Assembly (NCBI GenBank): GCA_963837955.1
Contig: CAWIPH010000002.1
Coordinates: 2,528,001 to 2,592,000, forward strand
Source: an uncultured Verrucomicrobiae bacterium
GTDB taxonomy: Bacteria; Verrucomicrobiota; Verrucomicrobiia; Chthoniobacterales; JAFAMB01
DNA: 64,000 nucleotides
Direction: 5' to 3'
Of the stretch, positions 18,016-27,611 are shown piece by piece (the stretch's first letter is position 1; the number at the start of each line of letters is the position of its first letter). Under the pieces are notes generated by a model that was not told where the DNA came from, ran no database searches, and saw only the letters and a list, made by a program, of their open reading frames with translations. The position numbers were made by a program, and so were the translations under genes.

Positions 18016-18135
18016 CAATGAAACGAAATAAAACCATCACAAAAAGGAGTAATGAGAAGTGAAATCATGTCGCCAGAAGAGTCGGTTGGGGGGCTCAAGC
18101 GAGCTGCCGAAGGGCGTTAGAAGGGATGGATCGAA

Positions 18136-19026
18136 ATGATCCTCGTGACAGGAGCAGCGGGTTTGAGTGGCTCTATCGTGATCCGGGAGTTCGCCCGACA
18201 GAAGACGCCAGTGAGAGCACTGGTCAGGAGCCGCCAGAAGGCGAATGCGCTCGAAACGTTGTCCACTGTGGAGCTCGTGGAGGCCGATATGCTTCGGCCT
18301 GAGACGCTCGGAGCTGCGCTGCACGGCGTGGACCGAGTCCTCATGATCTCCTCCAGCAATGAGCGGATGGTGGAGACTCAATGCACGTTCATCGACGCCG
18401 CTAAGAAGGCCGGCGTCCGCCACATAGTCAAATTCTCCGGTGCGGAATCGGGTATCGATTTCAACCCAGAGAACTTTCGCTTCACCCGGATGCACGAAGA
18501 AATCGAACGATACCTCGAGAGGTCCGGGCTCGAGTGGACGCACCTGCGTCCCAGTCAATTCATGCAGGTGTATCTCCGGGAAGTGCCGACGATCGTGACC
18601 GAGAACGCGCTCGTCTTGCCCATGGAAAACGCCAAGCTAGCGCCCGTCGATATCCACGACATCGCGAAGGTAGCATTTGCACTGTTAAACAATGGAGGTT
18701 ATCACGCCAAGAGCTACGACATGACGGGCCCTGAAGCGCTGACGATGACTGAGATCGCCGAGCGGATCTCTCAGGCGATCGGGAAGACGGTGCGATATGT
18801 CAACGTTGCTCCGGAGGAAAGAAGGCGCGCTTTGCTGGCGGCAGGGATCCCTTCGGTTTTCGCCGACGCTCTTGACGAATTATTCGCCGAGCGGCGCAAA
18901 CGAACCGAATCGAGGGTGTACCTCGGCACGCACGAGTTGCTCGGAATTCAACCAACTACGTTCGCGGATTTTGCGCGTCGTAGCGCGGCTGCGTTTCGCG
19001 GTGAATCGCCGGCCCTACAGAACTAG
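18136..19026 (+). CDS. NmrA-like atypical SDR / NAD(P)H-binding oxidoreductase
   Basis: MILVTGAAGLSG, AAKKAGVRHIVKFS, SGLEWTHLRP, YDMTGPEALT. Confidence 0.88.
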   Translation: MILVTGAAGLSGSIVIREFARQKTPVRALVRSRQKANALETLSTVELVEADMLRPETLGAALHGVDRVLMISSSNERMVETQCTFIDAAKKAGVRHIVKFSGAESGIDFNPENFRFTRMHEEIERYLERSGLEWTHLRPSQFMQVYLREVPTIVTENALVLPMENAKLAPVDIHDIAKVAFALLNNGGYHAKSYDMTGPEALTMTEIAERISQAIGKTVRYVNVAPEERRRALLAAGIPSVFADALDELFAERRKRTESRVYLGTHELLGIQPTTFADFARRSAAAFRGESPALQN

Positions 19027-19189
19027 AATCCGCGGTTCCGGTAGAAAAGGTCTTCTATGAACGAAAAGACACCTCCGGTTTGTTGCGAAGCCTGTTTCGA
19101 GGCTCATGCACCCTGGGATGGCTCACGACAGGAAAGATCCGAAGGACGACATCTCGCCGCGGTCGAAGAAGAATCTCCCTTGCGCTAAA

Positions 19190-20251
19190 ATGCCCTCCGC
19201 CGACATACCGGACCCATCGACGCTTCTTGACCCCGCTAAGAGGGGCGACCAGGACGCGTTTCAACAACTCGCCGAGCCCTACCGCCGGGAGCTCCAACTC
19301 CACTGCTATCGTATGCTTGGCTCGCTCCACGACTCCGAAGACCTCGTTCAGGAAACATTGCTGCGCGCCTGGCGAGGCCTCAAAGGCTTCGAAGGACGGG
19401 CCTCTTTCCGCAGCTGGCTCTATCGGATCGCGACCAACGCTTGCCTTAACGCCCTCGCGAGCCGCGGGAGCGCACGTCGAATCTTGCCTGAGATGCATGG
19501 TCCACCCAGCGACCGGCCGCCCGACGGCGAACCAGCCACTGAGATTACCTGGCTCGAACCTTATCCGGATGCGGCGCTCGAGGGTGTAGCCGACTCCGCG
19601 CCGGGTCCAGAAGCCCGCTATGAGATGCGTGAAGCGGTGCAGCTCGCATTCGTTGCGGCGATCCAGCACCTGCCTCCGCGGCAGCGTGCTGTCTTGTTGC
19701 TGCGCGACGTGTTGGGTTGGTCGGCAACCGAGACTGCCGCACTGCTCGACGCCTCGGTCGCGTCAGTCAACAGCACTTTACAGCGGGCGCGCGCTACGCT
19801 TGCGAAAGGGTTCCCCGCGGGCCGGCCCTGCAGCAATCCGGCACCTGACGACCGGCAGCGCGCGCTGGTCGAGCGCTTCGTTCGGGCCTGGGAGGGCGCC
19901 GATCTCGACGGTTTTGTTGCCCTGCTTAAAGAGGATGCAGTCCTGAGCATGCCGCCCTGGCGGCAGTGGTATCTTGGACGTAAGGCGATCCGAGCCTTCT
20001 TCGCCTGGGCATGGGAGTCGCCCTGCTACGCGCCTTTTGCCCTCGTCCCCACCGCCGCGAACCGGCAGCCAGCCTTTGCCGTGTACCACCGCAGCCAGGA
20101 AGGACCCGAATACCAAGCTCACGCGATCAACTTGCTCACGCTCCAGGGTGACACGATCACTGCGCTAACCATCTTCCGCGATCCGCGGCTGTTCGCCGCG
20201 TTCGGGTTACCGGCCCTCCTGCCGACCCGAGAGGCTGTGCCGCCTCCGTAG
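19190..20251 (+). CDS. ECF sigma factor with SnoaL-like C-terminal extension (SigG/ECF56-type)
   Basis: YRRELQLHCYRMLGSLHDSEDLVQET, WLEPYPD, LPPRQRAVLLLRDVLGW, SMPP; start uncertain (19106-19190). Confidence 0.9.
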   Translation: MPSADIPDPSTLLDPAKRGDQDAFQQLAEPYRRELQLHCYRMLGSLHDSEDLVQETLLRAWRGLKGFEGRASFRSWLYRIATNACLNALASRGSARRILPEMHGPPSDRPPDGEPATEITWLEPYPDAALEGVADSAPGPEARYEMREAVQLAFVAAIQHLPPRQRAVLLLRDVLGWSATETAALLDASVASVNSTLQRARATLAKGFPAGRPCSNPAPDDRQRALVERFVRAWEGADLDGFVALLKEDAVLSMPPWRQWYLGRKAIRAFFAWAWESPCYAPFALVPTAANRQPAFAVYHRSQEGPEYQAHAINLLTLQGDTITALTIFRDPRLFAAFGLPALLPTREAVPPP

Positions 20252-20264
20252 CCTCCTGTGATAA

Positions 20265-20777
20265 ATGAACTCCCCCGTAGCCGACGGCCCTCTTTCAGCG
20301 AGAGCTCTGCTTCGCTGGCAATTCCGGGTTGCTCATGAGCTTCTGGAGGCGACAGTCGAACGGATCACCACCGAAGCGGTTCACCGGTGTCCGTCCGGTA
20401 CGGCTGCTTCGGCCGCAGCTTGCTACGCCCAGGTTGTGTTGTGCGAGGACCTGAGCGTGAACGGAGTGCTCGCCGGCGGAACGCCGCTCGCGCTCTCGAC
20501 CTGGTTCGGCCGCACTGGCGTCAGCGAGATGCCTTTGCTCTCCGATCTCACCGACTGGCGGGCCTGGGCCCAACGGGTGCGGCTCGACTTTGGCGGCCTG
20601 CGACCTTATGCGCGCGCGGTATACGCCTCGACCGAGGAGTACTTGGACGCTCTGCCGGACGACGCTTTCGACCAGCCCCGCGGCGAAACGCCCGCGTGCG
20701 TGCTGAATGCGCTTCTCTTAACGCTATCGATGCGGCGAGGTGAAATCGCCTGCCTGCACGCCCTCGAAGGCCAGTAG
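20265..20777 (+). CDS. DinB-like hypothetical protein
   Basis: Helical protein; LRPYARAVYASTEEYL...GEIACL pattern. Confidence 0.6.
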   Translation: MNSPVADGPLSARALLRWQFRVAHELLEATVERITTEAVHRCPSGTAASAAACYAQVVLCEDLSVNGVLAGGTPLALSTWFGRTGVSEMPLLSDLTDWRAWAQRVRLDFGGLRPYARAVYASTEEYLDALPDDAFDQPRGETPACVLNALLLTLSMRRGEIACLHALEGQ

Positions 20778-21334
20778 ACTCCTGATGCGCCCGGTTCCGG
20801 TGTGCGGTGATTCCCAAGCAGACGCTAAATACAAGTGCTTAAAGGAAGCGAGGACGTGGATGGACGCGAGTACGCGAATCCGTCCCAATCTGAAAGCTAC
20901 AAAAGAACGCCAAGAACACAGAGATCTTTTAAACAGAAGGTAACAAAGGGGTTGATTGATAAATCAAATGCTAGTCCAGGGAACGGTGCACTAATTGTTA
21001 AGCAAGGGCCAAGGAAGTGGCGATAGCCAATCGTGCGGTAGGGTAGGTCTTTGGTTTTTTGGGGAAGTTCCTCTTTAGAGAGACTCCCGGCTTGCTCCTG
21101 TTACTAGCCAGTCACAGTGCATTCTCGCCGGGACACAAATCGAGAATTTGTAAACCCCATAGTTTTTTTCGACATTGTTAAAGAAATGACGTGATAAGGC
21201 TTGTGTAAACGCGCGCGGCTATGATAGCCCACACATCTCCGGCGCGTCTGGCTTACACAGAAATGTCCCTCCCCAGTTTCTTCCTGTCTTCCAGGCACCG
21301 CGGAAATTCCTCAAACAGAAGAGAAAAATACATT

Positions 21335-23389
21335 ATGGAAGGTCTATTTCACACGCGGGGTCTGACTGGGTTGACCCGCTTTACTCAAGCCGCCGCTAAA
21401 TTCCGGCAGCTCGGAACTATTATGTTGGGCGGACTAGCATTGCCGCTGGTCGCGCACGGCGAAGCAACGGTGGATGTCTCACCGCTGGTTGCTAAATCGA
21501 CAGTTACCGGATCGACTAACCCGACGAAAGAAATCAGTGTGGTGCTGGTACTGCCGCTGAAAGACGCGAAGGGTGCAGCCGAGTTTGCTCAGCGCGTTTC
21601 CAGCGTTAAAGACGAACTCTATGGAAAATTTCTAACCCCCCAAGAATTCGCTGCCACCTACGGTGGAGATGAAGCGGATTACACGGCGGTGAAGGAGTGG
21701 GCCAAAACCAACAAGCTGAAAATCTCGCAAGAGTCCGTTAGCCGGACGACATTGACAGTGCGGGGCACAGTTGCGCAATTTGAGGCTCTTTTTAACACGC
21801 ACATCAGCGATTACCGTTCGCCGAAAGGAGATGAATTCTATTCGGCCAGCACTAAACCAACGGTCCCCATTGGAATCTCGGCCAAGCTGATAGGAGTCAT
21901 CGGTTTGACCAGCAGCACGCATTTCGCACCGCTAGCCCAAATTTACAAGAAGCTCGGTGAAACGCCTGCAGCCAAAATTACTCCAGACACCGCTGGAGGG
22001 ACCGGCCCGGGCGGAGCTTATAGCGCTGCTGATTTGCGAACCGCTTACTCCATCCCGGCGCTCGGTGGCACAGTGCCGCAAATAGTCGCTGTGTTTGAAC
22101 AAGGTGGCTTCGATCCGAAAGACGTTGAGAAATATCTCAAGACCAACGATCTGCCGCACGTCCCGGTCACGGCGCGCAACGTGAACGGCTATGGGGGTGG
22201 GGTTAATGATCCAGGGGTAGAACTTGAGGCAGTGCTCGATATCGACATGGTCATCGGTCTCAATCCGGCGGTTAACGAAGTGCTGGTGTACGAGGATGGA
22301 GACGATCCATTCGGCGTTGCTCTCATTGACGCTCTGGCGGATGTGGCCAGCGATAACCTCGCGCAGACTCTGAGCATATCCTATGGCACCGACGAAGTGA
22401 TCCAGGGTAACGCTCAGATCAAGGCGGAAGGTCAGCAGTTCGTCCAGCTTGCGGCCCAAGGCCAAACCGTGTTGGTCAGCTCTGGAGACCAAGGCGCCTA
22501 CGGCCGGAGCGGAGCGGGCTTGAACGCGAGCGACCCGGGAGCCCAACCGTTAGTGACTTCTGTCGGTGGCACAAGCTTGTTCACCTTTACGCATCAAGCG
22601 TACATCGCCGAAGAAGTCTGGAACGACTTGGGAGCGAACCTAGGCGCAACCGGCGGCGGCGTCAGCGCGTATTGGGCGATTCCGTCCTGGCAGATACCTT
22701 CGCAAGTAACTCCCAACGGCGGATCTGCCACTAATCGCAACTTCCCAGATATTTCTGCGGTAGGTAATCCAGCCACCGGTGTTGCGGTCTATTCTGCTAT
22801 CAACGGAGGGTGGATTCAAATTGGTGGAACCAGTGTTTCGTCGCCGATATGGGGCGGCTATATAAGCGTTCTTAACTCAGCTCGTCTAACAGTCGGCCTC
22901 GGCAAGATCGGGTTTTTCAATCCGCTCTTATATAGTCTGGCCCCAACCACGTTCGGCATTTTGAATGACATCCTTGATGGCTCTAACGGGAACGCGGCGA
23001 TTTTCGGCATTCCCGGTTACAACGCCGGACCGGGTTATGATAATTGCACCGGGTGGGGATCGATGAACGGCCAGGGGTTTGCGAGCGGTTTGCTCCTGAC
23101 GCCAACTAAGGGGGGAAAGCCTCCCGGTACGTTCGGTGGCCTAGCCGGGACAGCGCAAACGACGACGATAAAGGCGTCTTGGGCCGTCTCGAAAGGAGCA
23201 ACTGGTTATCTGCTCCAGGCATTTCCGACTAGCAGCTTTGCTGCATACAACGTCGTTTCGAAGGGTACGAGCGGCGAGCTGACCGGTCTAGCGCCTGGGA
23301 CGACCTATTTCGTCCAAGTGGATGCCCTAAACCAAAGCGGTGCTACTACGACCTCGAGCGGAATTTATCTGACGACGAAGAAGAAGTAA
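21335..23389 (+). CDS. Secreted S53 (sedolisin/kumamolisin) protease with prodomain and C-terminal FN3 domain
   Basis: YGKFLTPQEFAATYG prodomain; EAVLD (catalytic E/D); SSGD; GGTSVSSP catalytic Ser; GYDNCTGWGS; LTGLAPGTTYFVQVDA FN3 motif. Confidence 0.92.
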   Translation: MEGLFHTRGLTGLTRFTQAAAKFRQLGTIMLGGLALPLVAHGEATVDVSPLVAKSTVTGSTNPTKEISVVLVLPLKDAKGAAEFAQRVSSVKDELYGKFLTPQEFAATYGGDEADYTAVKEWAKTNKLKISQESVSRTTLTVRGTVAQFEALFNTHISDYRSPKGDEFYSASTKPTVPIGISAKLIGVIGLTSSTHFAPLAQIYKKLGETPAAKITPDTAGGTGPGGAYSAADLRTAYSIPALGGTVPQIVAVFEQGGFDPKDVEKYLKTNDLPHVPVTARNVNGYGGGVNDPGVELEAVLDIDMVIGLNPAVNEVLVYEDGDDPFGVALIDALADVASDNLAQTLSISYGTDEVIQGNAQIKAEGQQFVQLAAQGQTVLVSSGDQGAYGRSGAGLNASDPGAQPLVTSVGGTSLFTFTHQAYIAEEVWNDLGANLGATGGGVSAYWAIPSWQIPSQVTPNGGSATNRNFPDISAVGNPATGVAVYSAINGGWIQIGGTSVSSPIWGGYISVLNSARLTVGLGKIGFFNPLLYSLAPTTFGILNDILDGSNGNAAIFGIPGYNAGPGYDNCTGWGSMNGQGFASGLLLTPTKGGKPPGTFGGLAGTAQTTTIKASWAVSKGATGYLLQAFPTSSFAAYNVVSKGTSGELTGLAPGTTYFVQVDALNQSGATTTSSGIYLTTKKK

Positions 23390-23781
23390 GGCTGATTCGT
23401 TCTCCGAAACGAGTTATTCCGGACAGGGTACCTGGGAGCGCGGCTGCGGCTTTGCGCCCCAGGTGCCGTATCTAGCTGATGAGAAGTGAATGGTGATTGG
23501 TGAAAGGGAATTCTCGCTAAGAAAAAATTCGGGCAGTGTAGTACATCAGGAAACTGCGGCGGTTGGCCTCCGGCTCCATCTCGCAAAGGGCCGTCACACA
23601 CTTCTTTCAGCCGCAGGCACCGGGACCGAAGACGCACTCCTGCACTTTGCTTCGTTCACCCGCTACGGCGTAGGACCTTCTCGCCGCGGCAAATGCCGCA
23701 TCGGCCCGCTTTACGCGGACAGAGGCCAGTCATTCGCTTGCCGCGGCCCTGTATTTCTCCGTCCCCTTCTATTCAAATCCG

Positions 23782-23811
23782 TCTTTGCGCCTTTGCGTCT
23801 TTGCGTGAGAT
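23782..23811. repeat. Solo arm of the CTCACGCAAAGACGC REP-like family
   Basis: TCTTTGCGCCTTTGCGTCTTTGCGTGAGAT is the reverse complement of the 16163-16190 arm. Confidence 0.7.
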
Positions 23812-23865
23812 TTTCTCGCTCTTCCGAGATTCAAAACACCCAGTCGCGAAAAAGGTGCCGGGCAA

Positions 23866-23892
23866 TGTCCTAAGTGCAGCGGCTAGAACGTC
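23866..23892 (+). promoter_or_regulatory. ECF42-like promoter motif
   Basis: TGTCCTAAGTGCAGCGGCTAGAACGTC upstream of the amidase gene. Confidence 0.6.
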
Positions 23893-23959
23893 GGATGATT
23901 AAATGCCGCACGGATCAATCACAGGCGGTTTCTCGATCAATTCTGAACAAAGAACAAAT

Positions 23960-25402
23960 ATGAAAACGAAGCCTCTACTGCAGAAGAGACGTAAAGCTCG
24001 GCAGAAAGGACAAGGAGGAGCAAGCGTCAGAGACCTTGTGTTCTCCAGCGCATTGGAATTGGCGGCCGCGATCCGGGCGGGCCAAGTTTCGGCGACGGAG
24101 GTGCTGGAAGCGCATCTAGCCCAGATCGAGAAGCACAATCCCTCTCTGAACGCTGTCGTCATCATGGATGCCGAAGGGGCCCGGGTACGGGCACGAAAGG
24201 CCGATGAAGCCTTGGCGCGGGGCGAGGCATGGGGGCCGCTCCATGGCGTGCCGTTCACGCTGAAGGACGTCCATTCGACTGCCGGCATGCGGACCACTGT
24301 GGGTTTTCCGCTATTGGCCGAACATGTGCCTCAAGAGGACAGCACCGTGACTGCCCGCCTCAAGCAGGCCGGCGGCATCCTCGTCGGTAAGACCAACGTG
24401 GCGATGATGCTGGCCGACTATCAGTCCAGCAATCCGATCTTCGGCCGCACCAACAATCCGTGGAACGTCGAGCGCACGCCTGGCGGGTCCAGCGGCGGTG
24501 CGGCAGCGGCGCTGGCTGCCGGCATGACGCCCTTCGAAATCGGCACCGATCTCTCCAGCTCGATTCGCATTCCGGCACATTGTTGCGGCGTGTTTGGACT
24601 GAAGCCGACTGAAAATCGAGTCCCGATCACCGGACTCTTCCCAGATCCAAGAGGCACGCCACGAAGTATCCGCATCATGTTGTCGATCGGGCCGATGGCG
24701 CGCACGGTCGAGGATCTGGAACTGCTCTACCAGATTATCGCTGGGCCGGACGGACGTGATACCGAGGTGCGGCCCGTACCGGTCGACGATACGCCGGAAC
24801 TCGACCTCAAGACCTTGCGGATCGCCATTGCGCCGACCTTTCCCGGTTTTCCGGTAGCGGCCGATATTCGCGCCGCTGTCGAAGACCTGGCGCGACAACT
24901 GGAGCGCTCGGGTGCGGTCGTCGAGGAAGCGACCCTGCCCGAGCTCGACTTCAGCCAGGAACTGTCCAGTGCAGGCGATTTGATCGGCATGATAGTCGGT
25001 GCCCTCCAGCCCGGCGGACAGGGGCAACCGGCAACCTTTGTGCAGTACCTCGAGGCGCTGCACCGGCGGGACCAATCCATTATAGCATGGGAGCGGTTCT
25101 TCGAGGACTGGGATGCGCTGCTGTGCCCGGCCTCTATGGTCACGGCGTTTCCTCACTGCGAGCAGGGAACACCGCTCAAAGTCGATGGCAAGGACGTCAG
25201 CTATTGGATGGTCAGCGCTCACGGCGCCCTATTCAATCATACCGGCCATCCGGCCGTGGTGTTGCCCTCTAAGCTCGATCGTGACGGATTGCCGATCGGG
25301 CTCCAACTGGTGGGCAAGCGTTGGAATGACTCCCGGCTTCTAGCAATCGCCAAGGCCCTCTCGCCGGTGACCGGCGGATTCCGGCGGCCGCCAAACTATT
25401 GA
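23960..25402 (+). CDS. Amidase signature family enzyme
   Basis: GPLHGVPFTLKD, GKTN, TPGGSSGG, GTDLSSSIRIPA. Confidence 0.92.
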   Translation: MKTKPLLQKRRKARQKGQGGASVRDLVFSSALELAAAIRAGQVSATEVLEAHLAQIEKHNPSLNAVVIMDAEGARVRARKADEALARGEAWGPLHGVPFTLKDVHSTAGMRTTVGFPLLAEHVPQEDSTVTARLKQAGGILVGKTNVAMMLADYQSSNPIFGRTNNPWNVERTPGGSSGGAAAALAAGMTPFEIGTDLSSSIRIPAHCCGVFGLKPTENRVPITGLFPDPRGTPRSIRIMLSIGPMARTVEDLELLYQIIAGPDGRDTEVRPVPVDDTPELDLKTLRIAIAPTFPGFPVAADIRAAVEDLARQLERSGAVVEEATLPELDFSQELSSAGDLIGMIVGALQPGGQGQPATFVQYLEALHRRDQSIIAWERFFEDWDALLCPASMVTAFPHCEQGTPLKVDGKDVSYWMVSAHGALFNHTGHPAVVLPSKLDRDGLPIGLQLVGKRWNDSRLLAIAKALSPVTGGFRRPPNY

Positions 25403-25480
25403 GCCAATAGCGAGCTTTCGTCTAAATAACAGCTGGCGAAGATATTCCTGATAGCCGGGAAACAATATAGCCACGGTGTG

Positions 25481-25507
25481 TGTCCTGAACAGGCCGGCTC
25501 GTTCGTC
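25481..25507 (+). promoter_or_regulatory. ECF42-like promoter motif
   Basis: TGTCCTGAACAGGCCGGCTCGTTCGTC upstream of the VOC gene. Confidence 0.75.
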
Positions 25508-25560
25508 GTCCAATCGAACTCAGTTACAGAATCATCTAAAAAAAGCAAACAGAGAACGAC

Positions 25561-26034
25561 ATGCAAAAAATCACCCCATTCTTGTGGTTCGACGGCAAAG
25601 CCGAAGAGGCGATGAATTTTTATCTTTCTATTTTTAAAAACTCAAAGGTTGTCAGCGTTAATCGATCTGGAGAAGAAGGGCCAGGAACGAAGGGGAAGGT
25701 AACGAGCGTAAGATTCCAACTCGAGGGCCAAGAATTTTTCGGGCTGAACGGTGGCCCTGAATTCACCTTCTCGCCGGCCATATCGTTCTTCGTGGACTGT
25801 GAGACGCAGCAAGAAGTAGACGAGCTGTGGGAGAAGCTTTCTGAAGGCGGCGAGAAAAGCAGATGTGGCTGGCTAAAAGACAAATTTGGTCTGTCGTGGC
25901 AAATCATTCCCTCGGTTTTAGGCGAACTGTTGCAAGACAAAGATGCTGAGAAATCAGAAAGGGTCTGGGAGGCAATGCTTCAAATGGGAAAAATTGACAT
26001 AAAAGGCTTAAAGCATGCGTACAGCCAAGGATAA
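25561..26034 (+). CDS. VOC family protein (3-demethylubiquinone-9 3-methyltransferase-like/PhnB)
   Basis: MQKITPFLWFD, LNGGP, CGWLKDKFGLSWQI. Confidence 0.92.
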   Translation: MQKITPFLWFDGKAEEAMNFYLSIFKNSKVVSVNRSGEEGPGTKGKVTSVRFQLEGQEFFGLNGGPEFTFSPAISFFVDCETQQEVDELWEKLSEGGEKSRCGWLKDKFGLSWQIIPSVLGELLQDKDAEKSERVWEAMLQMGKIDIKGLKHAYSQG

Positions 26035-26543
26035 CTCTGCATAAGCCACAAAAGAGCCCGACAGCGACGAGTGCCAAATCGGTTGATTGCGGCTTTACCC
26101 ACGACGGGTAGGGCGAAACACGCCGTTGAGCGACAGCGAAATAAGGCGTGTGAGCCAAACGTGGGACGATCGAAAGCAAGCTTGTGGAGTAATACAGATC
26201 GGCTTCGCAAAAAGACACAGATCCTCCTGGCTATTTCCGGATGGCGTGAGGTGACTCGGCAACTGGTAGGCTACATGACAGTTTTTTAATCAGTCCATCG
26301 CTGATGCTGTAATGTTCCTTTGGAACACTGCTCGCGTGAGCAGATATAAGCACCTGCGTTTTGGCACAATCGCTGGTCTGTGGCCTGGTTCGATGCTCTT
26401 GGCAATCGCCACACTAGGAATTACCGCGGGATCAGCGAAGGAAATCTCGTCACCTATTGCGGTTTCGCAGTTTCGTTCGGGAGCTTACGCGCTGGTGCGG
26501 GAAATGCCGGTCCGAAAACCGAAAAGTATTCCGCAGAAGAGAT

Positions 26544-26833
26544 ATCCGCAGATTACGTGAATTACGCAGATTCGGATTGGCTCAGGATCACCAAAAAAAC
26601 AGTGAACTTTCTCAAGCAAAAGATCAGGTCTGTTTTTCAACTGCCCTCATTGAATCTGCGTAATCTGTGGATTGTTCTTTCCCGGGAAGAACCTAAATCC
26701 GCAGATTACGTGAATTACGCAGATTCGGATTGGTTCTGGATCATCAAAAATCGATGAACTTTTCTCAACCAAAGATCAGATCTGTTTTCAGCTACAACTC
26801 TTTGAATCTGCGTAATCTGTGCAATCTGCGGAT
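26544..26833. repeat. Tandem pair of hairpin (REPIN-like) units, 153-bp period
   Basis: Units at 26544 and 26697 begin ATCCGCAGATTACGTGAATTACGCAGATTC and end GAATCTGCGTAATCTG...GGAT. Confidence 0.85.
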
Positions 26834-26912
26834 TATTTCCTCTGCGGAGTTCGGTTAAAACTCATACACTTCGGCGGATGTGACGATCGGTTAGCCGGAC
26901 ACCTCCCGGAGC

Positions 26913-27410
26913 TCAAGAGGAGGGACGATCCGAGATCTGTCGGGCGTAGTTGGCCAGCGACCGCCGATATCTGGTCATGTGACCGGACAGCGCGGTCAAG
27001 GCGATCGAAACTGCTTCGCGCTCGCGTCCCACATCAACAAGGGCAAGAGCGAGGAAGGCATCGACCGCGTCGTCCAGGTAATCACCGGCAGCACGTTCGG
27101 CCGTCAGCAGCTCGACGCTCTCCGACGCCCTGCCGATATTTCGCAATGAGCTGGCCATTTGGATCACAGCTCGACGTCGACGCTCACCTTGCAGCCCGAG
27201 TTCAAGTGCCTGCTGATACAACGGCACTGCCATGTCGGAATGGCCGGTCGAATCCAACGAAGATGCCCGTTCGAAGGCTGCCTCCGGCCTGCCCGGCAGC
27301 TCGGCGGCGAGTTTGTCCATCCGGGCCAGAAACTCCTCCTCGCTTTGGTCATCGATTGACTCCCATAAATCCGATATTCGCTGTTCCCACTCCGCACTAG
27401 CGATTGTCAT
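26913..27410 (-). CDS. Tetratricopeptide repeat protein
   Basis: FERASSLDSTG, RRRAVIQMASSLRNIG, RYRRSLANYA. Confidence 0.8.
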   Translation of the reverse strand: MTIASAEWEQRISDLWESIDDQSEEEFLARMDKLAAELPGRPEAAFERASSLDSTGHSDMAVPLYQQALELGLQGERRRRAVIQMASSLRNIGRASESVELLTAERAAGDYLDDAVDAFLALALVDVGREREAVSIALTALSGHMTRYRRSLANYARQISDRPSS

Positions 27411-27611
27411 GCGTCCAAGGCTAGGTAGCCGTTTACCCAGGTCAAGCGGTATTCAGGCAGCCAGTGACAGTGGTGAGAGCCCGGTCAGAGCGTCGCGGTA
27501 ATCGAAGCCGTGTTTCATGTCTCGGCACAGTCGAAAGCACGTACCGGTTGCCATCTGCGCGGTTTTTCTGTAGGCAACGCTGTCTGAGCTAAAAAGGGTA
27601 ATTAAACGAGC

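Noticed and set aside
19026..19057. SigG-type autoregulatory promoter directly before the sigma gene
   Set aside because: GTCTTCTA is present, but the -35 position reads GAATCC, not CGATGA
26071..26757. Short + strand ORFs at 26.0-26.8 kb
   Set aside because: They overlap repeat elements and show no protein-family motifs
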